DNA of 64,000 nucleotides from Holophagales bacterium (GTDB taxonomy: Bacteria > Acidobacteriota > Holophagae > Holophagales > Holophagaceae), in contig JAYRFV010000065.1 in the NCBI GenBank assembly GCA_041908165.1, positions 11,954 through 75,953 on the forward strand. The letters run 5' to 3'. A model generated the notes under the pieces. That model saw only the letters and a program-made list of their open reading frames with translations, did not search any database and was not told the origin of the DNA. Both the position numbers and the translations under genes were made by a program. Of this stretch, positions 1-9,530 are shown one piece after another (within the stretch, counting starts at the first letter, position 1; every line of letters starts with the position of its first letter).

Positions 1-3000
1 CACGTCCTGGCCAGCCTGCAGGTCGAACGGATCGGCCTCCAGTCCGGACCGCTCCTCCTTCAGGGCCAGGGACGGCTCGAGGCCGACCTCTCCGACACGG
101 CCCTCAGGGTCAAGGCCCTGGAGGCCCAGCTCGGACGGAGCCGGCTGGCCCTCGCCGGCGGCCTGGACCTCAAGGACAGGGAAGCCCAGCCGGTCAAGGC
201 GAGCGGCGAGGCCCGCCTCGACCTGGACGAACTGTCCAGGTTCGCCTCGGCCGGGACCGCCTCCGGCGTGGTGGACCTCGGGCTCAGGGTTTCCGGCACG
301 CTCGCCGCCCCCGCGGTGGCCCTGGAGGCGGTGGGACGGGACCTGGCCCTGCCCGCCCTGCCGCTGCAGCCGGGCAGCCTGAAGCTGAAGGCGGCCGCCG
401 AGCCGACCCGTGTGCAGGTGACCTCCCTGGACTGGGAGAGCGCCGATGGCCACCTCCACGCCGACGGCGAGTGGCGCAGGGGCGGCGCCCTCCGCCTTCG
501 GGCGAGCGCCGAGCGGGTGGAACTGGGCGCCGTGGCCGAATCCGTCCGCGTGGGGTTCCTCCGGGAATTCCAGGCAGCCTTCCAGGCCGAGGCCACCCTG
601 CCCCCCGGCTCGGCCTTCCCGCCCCGGCTCGACCGGATGCAGGCCAGCGCGCGGATCGACCTGCAGCGGCACGGGCAGCCCGCCGGCCGCGCGGCCCTGG
701 ACCTCACGGAGGGCCGCCTCGAGGTGGCGGACCTCGACCTCAAGGCTCCGGAGATCGACCTCTCCGGCAAGGGCGCCCTCCTGTTCGACAGCCCCGGGCT
801 CAGCAGCCTCCAGGGCAGCGGCCGGGTCCGAACCGAGGCCGCGGAGGTGGCCAAGGTCCTGAAGGCCTGGAACGTGGTCGGCCTGGACATGGGTGGCAGG
901 GTGGACGGCCGCGCCTCCGCGTCCTGGTCCAGGACCCAGGGGCTGCAGCTCGACGGCTCCGGCGAGGTCCTCGCCCCCCGCTGGCAGAAGGCGCGGGCGG
1001 ACCGCGTCGTCTCGGACGTCCGGATCCGGGGCAGCCAGCTCTGGGTGGAGCGCACCGAACTCGTCAAGGGGGACGGCCGCGCCTGGGGCGAGCTCTGGCT
1101 GGACTGGGGCACCGTGAGGCCCGGGGCGGACACCCTCGACCTCTGCTACCGGGCCCACCACCTGCCGGTGGCGGAGGGCCTGAAGGCCGCGGACGATGGC
1201 CGGAACGGCGTCGGCGACCTCCCCATCAGCGGCCTGGGCAGCGCCTGGGTGCGCATCCACGGCGACTGGGACCGGCTGCGGCTGACGGGCGAGGGTCTGC
1301 TCGAGGAGGGCCGGGCCTACGGCCTGCGGTTGCCCGCGGGGCGTGCGAGCATCGACCTGGACCTCGCCGCCGAGCGGCTGCGCGTGCCTGAATTCAGGGT
1401 CGCGGAGAGCCTGGCCCAGCTTGGCGAAGCAGGCGCCGGACCGGAGGGGCTCCTGGCCCTCCAGGGCGCCCTGGACATGGACCTTAAGCGGTCGACGTGG
1501 ACCGGCCGCCTGTCCGGGAACGTCGACAGCACCCTCCTGGAACTGCCGGGACCGCGCTTCCAGGCCAACCTGGAGAGCCGGATCGAGGGTCCCTGGACGG
1601 TCTCCTTCGGGCCCCTCGAGCTTCCCGGCGGCTGGGCCACCTTCAGCCAGGGCCGGCTGCTGGTCGGGGACCAGAGCATCGAGGGATTGAAGGGGCAGCT
1701 TCGGCTGCAGGACGGCCGCCTCGAGGCGGAGGTTTCGAGCGCCGGCCACGACCACCCCCTCCTGCGCGTGGCGGCCCTCCAGACCGGCCGGGAGGTGCGC
1801 GGTGACCTGACCCTCCGCATTTCCCGCGACACCGGGGATACGGCCCACCTGGCGCGCCGCCTCACCGGGGACCTGCTGCTGGACGCGGCGGCGGACCTGC
1901 GCGCCGAGGGGACCCTCGACGACCGGGGCCTGCGCTGGCAGGGCCGGGTACCCGAGCTGACCGGCTTCTTCCAGGGCTTCACCCTGTCGCAGACGAAGCC
2001 GGGCCAAGTGTCGGGTGGCACCGCCGGGGCGCGCCTGGACCTGTCCCTCCAGGGCGCCCCCTCGGAGGCTGTGGCCGAGCGGTCGGCGAAGGGTCCGACC
2101 GCCAGCCTGCAGCTCACCGGCGAGGTTCCCTTCTCCCTCGACCGGCCCGGCGATCTCAAGGTCAAAGGTACCGGCGAGCTGGCCAACCTCAAGACCATCC
2201 TCGACCACCTGCTCGACCTTGAGAATGCCGCCGGGCTGCTGGCCGGACTGCAGCCCGAAGGCAAGGCCACCCTCGACCTGCGCGCCACCGGCACCTACGC
2301 CGATCCGGCGGTGCACGGCACCCTCGACCTGGTGGACGGCCGGCTCCGCCTCCGCGCCTACCCCCAGAGCGTGGAGGGGGTGATCTTCACGCTCCGGTTC
2401 AAGGACAAGGACATCCTCCTGACCGAGGAGGACCCGCTCATCGGCACCCTGGCCCAGGGGGCCCTCGGGCTCTGGGGACGGGCCACCTGGGGGATGGGCG
2501 GTCTGGCCAGCTACGATTTCAGCGCCCGCCTGGAGGAGTTCCTCCTGCGCGACGTGCCCCAGGGTTTCGAGCTCCAGGGCAGCCTCGAAGCCAACCTCGC
2601 GGGCAACGACACGGGCGGCGGCGTGCTGCGGGGCAGCCTCCAGGCGGACCGCGCCGCCTACCGCGCCGACCTCAGCCTGCGCGACCTGATCCTGGGCGGT
2701 TCCCTCGGCTCCACCCCCGAACTGTCCGGACTCGACCCCGACGACCCCCTGCAGCGCATCGACCTGGACCTGGACCTGCAGCTGTCCCAGCCCTGGGACA
2801 TCGACACCAACCTGCTGAAGATCAAGGGGCGCCCGGAGGGCTCCTTCAAGGTCCTGGGGACGCTGGCACGGCCGGGCCTGAAGGGCAGGATGGAGTTCCT
2901 GCCCGGTGGCCGGATCACCAACATCCTTCCGGCCGGCGACCTGATCCTCGAGCGAGGGAACATCCACTTCGTCGACCCCAGCGTGGTCAACCCCTCCCTC

Positions 3001-3537
3001 ACCGCCGAAGGCCGGATCGACGTGCCGCCCTATCTGGTGAGCCTGAACATCAACGGCACCCTGGACCAGCTCAACTTCATCCCGACCTCCACGCCCAGCC
3101 TCCGCCAGGACGAGATCGTGGCGATCCTGATCGATCCCGCCGCGGCGCAGAACATCGGCACCTCCAGCGCCGCCACCAGCCAGGCGTCCCTCAACTACGG
3201 CCTGGCCAGCGCCAGCAGCGGGCTGCTGGCGACGCTGGCCTTCGCCAATTTCGGCGAGACCCTGCGCAAGTCCCTGAACCTCGACCGGGTCAACCCGGTG
3301 GTCCGCACCGGCACCACCGGCACCCTCGAGAGCAGCCTGACCATCGGCAAGACCTTCGACCTGTTCGGCAGCCGCACGCCGATCATCGGCACCTACAGCC
3401 GCTCCGGCAACCTGGTCACCCTCAGCGGCCAGGTCGAGTGGCGGTTCGGCAACTTCGTGCTGCAGTTCGGCGCCAGCAGCGAGGGGTCGGGGATCAATCC
3501 GAAGGGCGAGATCCGCCACACCTGGAGCCCGCGGTAA
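1..3537 (+). CDS. tamB: TamB-like translocation and assembly module protein, 3' partial (5' end outside window)
   Basis: Frame 1 is open from base 1 to the stop at 3537 (ORF-track 268..3537 is the in-window Met). Long repetitive G/L/D/R-rich beta-type protein with a DUF490/TamB-style C-terminus (GKTFDLFGSRTPIIGTYSRSGNLVTLSGQVEWRFGNFVLQFGASS). Family assigned from memory of TamB C-termini. Confidence 0.6.
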   Translation, partial: HVLASLQVERIGLQSGPLLLQGQGRLEADLSDTALRVKALEAQLGRSRLALAGGLDLKDREAQPVKASGEARLDLDELSRFASAGTASGVVDLGLRVSGTLAAPAVALEAVGRDLALPALPLQPGSLKLKAAAEPTRVQVTSLDWESADGHLHADGEWRRGGALRLRASAERVELGAVAESVRVGFLREFQAAFQAEATLPPGSAFPPRLDRMQASARIDLQRHGQPAGRAALDLTEGRLEVADLDLKAPEIDLSGKGALLFDSPGLSSLQGSGRVRTEAAEVAKVLKAWNVVGLDMGGRVDGRASASWSRTQGLQLDGSGEVLAPRWQKARADRVVSDVRIRGSQLWVERTELVKGDGRAWGELWLDWGTVRPGADTLDLCYRAHHLPVAEGLKAADDGRNGVGDLPISGLGSAWVRIHGDWDRLRLTGEGLLEEGRAYGLRLPAGRASIDLDLAAERLRVPEFRVAESLAQLGEAGAGPEGLLALQGALDMDLKRSTWTGRLSGNVDSTLLELPGPRFQANLESRIEGPWTVSFGPLELPGGWATFSQGRLLVGDQSIEGLKGQLRLQDGRLEAEVSSAGHDHPLLRVAALQTGREVRGDLTLRISRDTGDTAHLARRLTGDLLLDAAADLRAEGTLDDRGLRWQGRVPELTGFFQGFTLSQTKPGQVSGGTAGARLDLSLQGAPSEAVAERSAKGPTASLQLTGEVPFSLDRPGDLKVKGTGELANLKTILDHLLDLENAAGLLAGLQPEGKATLDLRATGTYADPAVHGTLDLVDGRLRLRAYPQSVEGVIFTLRFKDKDILLTEEDPLIGTLAQGALGLWGRATWGMGGLASYDFSARLEEFLLRDVPQGFELQGSLEANLAGNDTGGGVLRGSLQADRAAYRADLSLRDLILGGSLGSTPELSGLDPDDPLQRIDLDLDLQLSQPWDIDTNLLKIKGRPEGSFKVLGTLARPGLKGRMEFLPGGRITNILPAGDLILERGNIHFVDPSVVNPSLTAEGRIDVPPYLVSLNINGTLDQLNFIPTSTPSLRQDEIVAILIDPAAAQNIGTSSAATSQASLNYGLASASSGLLATLAFANFGETLRKSLNLDRVNPVVRTGTTGTLESSLTIGKTFDLFGSRTPIIGTYSRSGNLVTLSGQVEWRFGNFVLQFGASSEGSGINPKGEIRHTWSPR

Positions 3538-3542
3538 ATCAT

Positions 3543-3662
3543 CCCGGGGGTTCCGCGCTCCGCTTCGCTGCGCGCCAACCGCAGCGGCGGACCGCCCCGA
3601 ACCCCCGCGCTTCGGGTCCGGCAAAGCCGGTCCCTCACTTCGCATTCCGGGGGGTTCCGCGC
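3543..3662. repeat. Intergenic element bounded by a 15-16 nt direct repeat (CCGGGGGTTCCGCGC) with internal short hairpins
   Basis: cccgggggttccgcgc at 3543-3558 and ccggggggttccgcgc at 3647-3662. Internal hairpins gctgcg..cgcagc and cccgaa..ttcggg. Sits between convergent tamB and moaD. Confidence 0.5.
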
Positions 3663-3681
3663 ATCGTCTCCGCGGGCAGGC

Positions 3682-3921
3682 TCAGCCGCCGCTGACCGGA
3701 GGCATGAGGGCGATCTCGTCGCCGTCCTGCAGGCGGGCGTCGCGGTCGGCGAAGGTCTGGTTGATGGCGAGGAGGGCCTCCGGAGGCAGGCGGACGAAGC
3801 GGGCGTCCTGCAGCAGCGCCCCCAGCCGGGGCGGCTCCGGCAGAGGCAGGGCGAGGCTGTCGAAGCCAAGCAGGTGCCGGTAGCGGGCGAAGGTCCGGAC
3901 TGTGAGCATGGCGGTTCCCAT
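3682..3921 (-). CDS. moaD: MoaD/ThiS-family sulfur-carrier protein (79 aa, C-terminal GG)
   Basis: ORF-track 79 aa ending PPVSGG. Size and diglycine terminus are typical of MoaD/ThiS. Lies directly downstream of ilvE on the same strand. Confidence 0.7.
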   Translation of the reverse strand: MGTAMLTVRTFARYRHLLGFDSLALPLPEPPRLGALLQDARFVRLPPEALLAINQTFADRDARLQDGDEIALMPPVSGG

Positions 3922-3962
3922 CCAGCCTCCAGCCTAGGGCCTGCAGCCCGTGGCCTCCAGCC

Positions 3963-4825
3963 TCAGCCCAGCCAGGTCAGCCACCCGCGGTGGGCGGGGT
4001 CGCGGCCGTGGACGAGGTCCTGGTAGCGGGCCTGCAGTTCCCGGGTGACCGGGCCCGGGTCCCAGCGACGGTGGCCCAGTTCGGCCACCGGGGTCACCTC
4101 GGCGCTGGTGCCGGTGAGGAAGACCTCGTCGGCCTCCAGCAGTTCCTCCAGGTCCACGATGCGACCGAGGCCGCCGGTAAGCTCCAGGATCGTGTCGCGG
4201 GTGATGCCGGGCAGGGCGTCGCCGTGGGCCACCGCCGTCACCCGGCCACCCTTCACCAGGAACACGTTTTCGCCGGTGCATTCCACCACGCAGCCCTGGT
4301 CGTCCACGAACAGCGCCTCCTCGAAGCCGCGCCGGCTTGCCTCGAGCTTGGCCAGGATCGAGTTCACGTAATTGCCGCAAAGCTTGAGCGGCGGCAGCGC
4401 CCGGGCCGGGTTGCGGCGCAGCGGGCTGACCGCGAGGCGCACACCGTGGTGGATGCCCTCGCCCAGGTGGTTGGCCCAGGGGATCGCCGCCACCAGCCGG
4501 CGGACCTCCAGCGGCGCCACGTCCAGCCCCAGCCCGCCGGTGCCGTAGTACACCAGCGGACGCAGGTAGGCCGAGTCCATCCCGGATGCGGCCAGCACCG
4601 CCAGGCAGCCCGCGCGCAGCTCCGCCAGGTCCAGGTCCATGCCCAGGGCCGCCGCGCCCATCCCGAGGCGCTCCAGGTGGGCGTCGAGGCGGAACACCGC
4701 CGGCCCCTCAGCCGTGGGATAGGCGCGGATCCCCTCGAAGACGCCGGTGCCGTAGTGCAGCCCGTGGGCGAGGGGGGAGGCCGCCGCCTGCCCCGCCTCG
4801 ACCAGCGCGCCGTCGCTCCAGACCT

Positions 4826-4829
<4 letters not shown>
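3963..4829 (-). CDS. ilvE: Branched-chain amino acid aminotransferase
   Basis: C-terminal 288 aa of ORF 3963..5165 ([37 protein letters not shown]...). GTG start at 4829 overlaps the ilvC stop (GTGA). The upstream 112 aa of the ORF is Arg/Pro-rich junk. Confidence 0.9.
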
Positions 4830-5839
<1,010 letters not shown>

Positions 5840-5893
5840 GGGGGCTCCTCTCGAAATGTGTCGATCGTGGATGTGTAGATTCAAAAAAACGCG

Positions 5894-6012
5894 TATCCGC
5901 AGATTCCGCCGATTTCGCCGATGCGAAACCCTGCCGCGGCTGTTTCGCGCCCGGCCTTCGTGCCGCCGAGCACCATCACTTCAATCGGCGTCATCTGTGA
6001 AATCTGCGGATA
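5894..6012. repeat. MITE/REP-like 119 bp element with perfect 12 bp terminal inverted repeats (TATCCGCAGATT / AATCTGCGGATA)
   Basis: tatccgcagatt at 5894-5905 and its exact reverse complement at 6001-6012. Occupies most of the unusually long ilvN-ilvC spacer. No coding capacity. Confidence 0.7.
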
Positions 6013-6052
6013 GAAAGGCATTTACTCCTCGTTCCCCAGTGAAATTCCGGAT

Positions 6053-6598
6053 TCACACCGACATGACCTGGGCGGTTCCGCCCTCGGCCGGGTCGGGGAA
6101 GGACGGTCCGCCGGCCTCGCCGAGGCTGCCGCGGGCCATGGCCACGGCGCCGGTGCGGCCGACCTCGAGGATGCCGAAGGGGCGCAGCATGTCCACCAGC
6201 GCCTGGATCTTCTCCAGGTTTCCGGTGCATTCGATCACCAGGCTGTCCTCGGCGATGTCGACGATGTTGGCCCGGAACACCTGGACCAGCTCCAGCACCG
6301 CCGAGCGCACGTCCGGAGCGGCCTTCACGCGGATCAGCGCGAGGTCGCGGATCACCTTGCGGCGGTGGTCGAGCTGCTGCACCTCGAGCACGTTCACCAG
6401 CTTGCGCAGGTGCTCCACGGCGCGGCGGGCGAGGGCCTCGTCGGCGTCCACCACGATGGTCATGCGCGACACCGACCGGCGCTCGGTGGGTCCCACCGTC
6501 AGCGAGTGGATGTTGAAGCCGCGGCGGCGGAACAGGCTCGCCACCCGGGTGAGGACGCCGGGCTCGTCGTCGGTGTAGACCACCAGGACATGGGACAT
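6053..6598 (-). CDS. ilvN: Acetolactate synthase small (regulatory) subunit
   Basis: MSHVLVVYTDDEPGVLTRVASLFRRRGFNIHSLTVGPTE... has the ACT-domain AHAS small-subunit signature. Confidence 0.93.
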   Translation of the reverse strand: MSHVLVVYTDDEPGVLTRVASLFRRRGFNIHSLTVGPTERRSVSRMTIVVDADEALARRAVEHLRKLVNVLEVQQLDHRRKVIRDLALIRVKAAPDVRSAVLELVQVFRANIVDIAEDSLVIECTGNLEKIQALVDMLRPFGILEVGRTGAVAMARGSLGEAGGPSFPDPAEGGTAQVMSV

Positions 6599-6654
6599 CA
6601 GGAACTCCAGGAGAATCGTTTCAGCATGGATACATCGGCGGAGAAAAGCTGTTC

Positions 6655-6735
6655 CACCGCCAGGACGCCAAGCGGCCCTGCGGGCCTACGCCAAGAAAGC
6701 CATGCCGTTCTTGGCGTCTTGGTGTCTTGGCGGTG
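6655..6735. repeat. Inverted-repeat element built from CTTGGYG / CRCCAAG heptads
   Basis: Left arm caccgccaggacgccaag (6655-6672). Right arm cttggcgtcttggtgtcttggcggtg (6710-6735). Lies in the 183 bp ilvB-ilvN spacer. Same arm motif as the element at 49387-49499. Confidence 0.6.
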
Positions 6736-6781
6736 AGATTTGTTTTTTTTCATTTCTCCGTGTCTCCGTGGTGTGCCTTTC

Positions 6782-8500
6782 TCAGACCGGATCCGACCCG
6801 GTTTCCGCCAGGACGCTGGGGGCGGGACGGCGGATCATCTCGTGCAGGGCGGCGCCGGCAGGCACCATCGGGTAGACGCTGTCCTCCTGCTCCACCTTGA
6901 ACTCGACCAGGGCGGTGCCCGCGGCGGCGCGGGCGCGGGCCACCGCCGCGGCGAGGTCGCTGCGCCGCTCCACCCGCTCGCCGGGGATCCCGTAGGCCTC
7001 GGCCAGCTTGACGAAGTCCGGCGACAGGATCGGCGTGGCGGCGTAGCGCCCCTCGTAGAACAGCTCCTGCCACTGGCGGACCATGCCCAGGTAGCCGTTG
7101 TTGACGATCGCCACGTTGATCTTCACCTGCTCCTGCACGGCCGTGATCAATTCGGCCTGGGTCATCTGGAAGCCGCCGTCGCCGGCCACCACCCACACCT
7201 CCGCGTCCGGGCAGGCCAGCTTGGCGCCGATCGCCGCCGGCAGGGCGAAGCCCATGGTGCCCGCGCCGCCGCTGGTGATCAGGCTGCGCTCCTGGTCGTG
7301 GTGGTAGTACTGCGCTTCCCACATCTGATGCTGGCCGACGTCGGTGACCACCACCGCCCGGCCCTCGGTGAGCCGCCACAGGTCGTGCATGACGTGGGCA
7401 GCGTAGAGGTGGCCGTCATCCGGCAGGTTCTGGATGTCGCGCACCGCCGAATCGCCCTTCCAGCCGCGGATCCGCTCCAGCCACGCCGACCGGTCCGCCA
7501 CCTCGACCCCGGGCAGGAGCGCCTTCAGCACCTCGCGCAGGTCGCCGCCGATCGGCAGGTCCACCGGCACCACCTTGTTCAGTTCGCTGGCGTCGATGTC
7601 GATGTGGATCTTCTTCGCGCCAGGGGCGTACGCCTTCAGCTTGCCGGTGACCCGGTCGTCGAAGCGCATGCCGAAGGCCAGCAGCAGGTCGGCCTCCTGG
7701 ATCGCCTGGTTGACCCAGGCCTCGCCGTGCATGCCCATCATCCCCAGGCTCAGCGGGTGGGTGGCCGGGATGGCGCCGAGGCCGAGCAGGGTGAGGGCGA
7801 AGGGCACGTCGGCCTTCTCCGCCAGGGCCAGCACCTCGGCGCGGGCCCCGGACAGCTGGATGCCGTGTCCGGCCAGGATGATCGGCCGCTGGGCGCCGTT
7901 CAGCATCCGCAGCGCCTGGCCGAGGGTGGCGCGGTCCGGGAAGGCCGGGAGGTGGCGCAGGTGGCGCTTCGGTTCGGCGGACTCCCAGTCGAACTCGGCC
8001 AGGCCCTGCTGGGCGTCCTTGGTGATGTCCACCAGCACCGGCCCCGGGCGGCCGCTGCGGGCCACCGCAAAGGCCTCGCGGATCGCCGGGGCGACGTCGG
8101 CGGCGCGGGTCACCAGGTAGTTGTGCTTGGTGATCGGCAGGGTGATGCCGGTGATGTCCACCTCCTGGAAGGCGTCGGTGCCCAGCAGGCCGGAGCCCAC
8201 CTGGCCGGTGATCGCCACCACCGGGCTGGAGTCCATCATCGCCGTGGCCAGCCCGGTCACCAGGTTGGTGGCGCCGGGGCCGGAGGTGGCCACCACCACG
8301 CCGACCCGTCCGGAGGCCCGGGCGTAGCCGTCGGCCATGTGCGCCGCGCCCTGCTCGTGGCGGACCAGCACGTGGCGGATCGGGTAGCCGAGCATCGCAT
8401 CGTAGGCCGGCAGGATCGCCCCGCCGGGGTAGCCGAACACCGTGTCCACCCCTTCGCGGACCAGGCATTCCCAGATGATCTTCGCCCCGGTCAGCGGCAT
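6782..8500 (-). CDS. ilvB: Acetolactate synthase large (catalytic) subunit
   Basis: MPLTGAKIIWECLVREGVDTVFGYPGGAILPAYDAM... ThDP enzyme of AHAS type. Start trimmed to the Met at 8500. Confidence 0.95.
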   Translation of the reverse strand: MPLTGAKIIWECLVREGVDTVFGYPGGAILPAYDAMLGYPIRHVLVRHEQGAAHMADGYARASGRVGVVVATSGPGATNLVTGLATAMMDSSPVVAITGQVGSGLLGTDAFQEVDITGITLPITKHNYLVTRAADVAPAIREAFAVARSGRPGPVLVDITKDAQQGLAEFDWESAEPKRHLRHLPAFPDRATLGQALRMLNGAQRPIILAGHGIQLSGARAEVLALAEKADVPFALTLLGLGAIPATHPLSLGMMGMHGEAWVNQAIQEADLLLAFGMRFDDRVTGKLKAYAPGAKKIHIDIDASELNKVVPVDLPIGGDLREVLKALLPGVEVADRSAWLERIRGWKGDSAVRDIQNLPDDGHLYAAHVMHDLWRLTEGRAVVVTDVGQHQMWEAQYYHHDQERSLITSGGAGTMGFALPAAIGAKLACPDAEVWVVAGDGGFQMTQAELITAVQEQVKINVAIVNNGYLGMVRQWQELFYEGRYAATPILSPDFVKLAEAYGIPGERVERRSDLAAAVARARAAAGTALVEFKVEQEDSVYPMVPAGAALHEMIRRPAPSVLAETGSDPV

Positions 8501-8654
8501 GGGTCCTCCCTCCGGGCCGCAGGCCCGGGCGTGTTTGAACACGCGCAGTGATTTAATGGTCGTTTTTCATGCTCTGACATCGACATGGCTCCAGACCCGG
8601 GGGCTCCCGGGACATCGGGGGTGGACGGTCGGAACGTGCGGCGGGTTGGGCTCC

Positions 8655-8686
8655 GGAAAACGAAAGGCCCCGCATCCTGCGGGGCC
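8655..8686 (-). terminator. Rho-independent terminator (attenuator) in the ilvB leader
   Basis: Minus-sense RNA GGCCCCGC-aggau-GCGGGGCC followed by UUUCGUUUUCC. The 5' arm can alternatively pair with an identical GCGGGGCC copy inside the leader ORF (plus-strand ggccccgc at 8718-8725). Confidence 0.75.
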
Positions 8687-8710
8687 GGGAAGGGAAGGTT
8701 TCGATCTTCG

Positions 8711-8863
8711 CTAGGATGGCCCCGCTGGAACTGGATCGCCAATGACGATCAGCCCGATAAGGCCCAGTACCCGAAGCAGCGAGGCCGCCGCCACGCCCCG
8801 GGAACCGGAGGCGGGGACGGAAGCTGCCGGGGACTGCTGCATGGGATCATCATGGGCATCCAT
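8711..8863 (-). CDS. Putative ilv leader peptide (50 aa from ATG 8863; alternative starts ATG 8842, GTG 8794)
   Basis: My manual translation gives MDAHDDPMQQSPAASVPASGSRGVAAASLLRVLGLIGLIVIGDPVPAGPS*. The C-terminal half is a run of Leu/Ile/Val codons. The TAG stop lies 24 nt upstream of the terminator hairpin. Too short for the ORF track. Confidence 0.55.
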   Translation of the reverse strand: MDAHDDPMQQSPAASVPASGSRGVAAASLLRVLGLIGLIVIGDPVPAGPS

Positions 8864-8927
8864 TCAGGGAATGCAAGAAAAAAGGAAGATAAATCGGATT
8901 GATGGGGCCATTCACCGCGCCCGGCCT

Positions 8928-9530
8928 TCATCCGACCCGGGTGTCGAAGTCCGCCCTCGCGCGCGCCTCGTGGGCCTGGATGGCCGCCTCGCGCTGCAGC
9001 ACGAAGCCGATGTCATCGACGCCCTCGCGCAGGCACTGGCGGCGGAAGGGGTCCATGGGGAAGGCGCGTTCCTGGCCGTCCGGCAGGCGCAGCGAGGGAC
9101 CGGCCAGGTCCACCCCCACGACGGCTCCGGCGGGAGCCTCGAGGAGCAGCCGATGGTCGGCGGCCTCCACCTGGATCGGAACCAGCCCGTTCTTGAGGGC
9201 GTTCTGCCTGAAGATGTCGGCGAAGGACTTCGCCACCACCGCCTGGAAGCCTGCGTCGAGGAGGGCCCAGGGGGCGTGCTCGCGGGAGCTGCCGCAGCCG
9301 AAGTTGTCGCCGGCAAGCAGCACCCGCGCGCCCAGGGCCTCGGGCCGGTTGAGCGGGAAGCCCGGCACCGGCGCACCGGCCGCATCGTAGCGCCAGTCCT
9401 GGAAGCAGTGCCTCCCCAGCCCTTCCTTCACGGTGGTCTTGAGGAACCGCGCCGGGATGATCTGGTCGGTGTCGATGTGGTCGCGGTCCAGCACGACGAA
9501 GGTCGACGCGAAGGCCTCGAAGGGTTTCAC
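8928..9530 (-). CDS. leuD: 3-isopropylmalate dehydratase small subunit
   Basis: [33 protein letters not shown]... Overlaps the leuC stop by 4 nt. Confidence 0.93.
   Translation of the reverse strand: MKPFEAFASTFVVLDRDHIDTDQIIPARFLKTTVKEGLGRHCFQDWRYDAAGAPVPGFPLNRPEALGARVLLAGDNFGCGSSREHAPWALLDAGFQAVVAKSFADIFRQNALKNGLVPIQVEAADHRLLLEAPAGAVVGVDLAGPSLRLPDGQERAFPMDPFRRQCLREGVDDIGFVLQREAAIQAHEARARADFDTRVG

Noticed and set aside
8501-8927. T-box or other riboswitch in the ilvB leader
   Set aside because: I could not find the conserved T-box core (GGUGGUACCGCG-like) or a specifier-loop arrangement. The leader-peptide plus alternative-hairpin model explains the terminator without one. The 60 aa ORF-track entry 8749..8931 is in a different frame and lacks regulatory codons.
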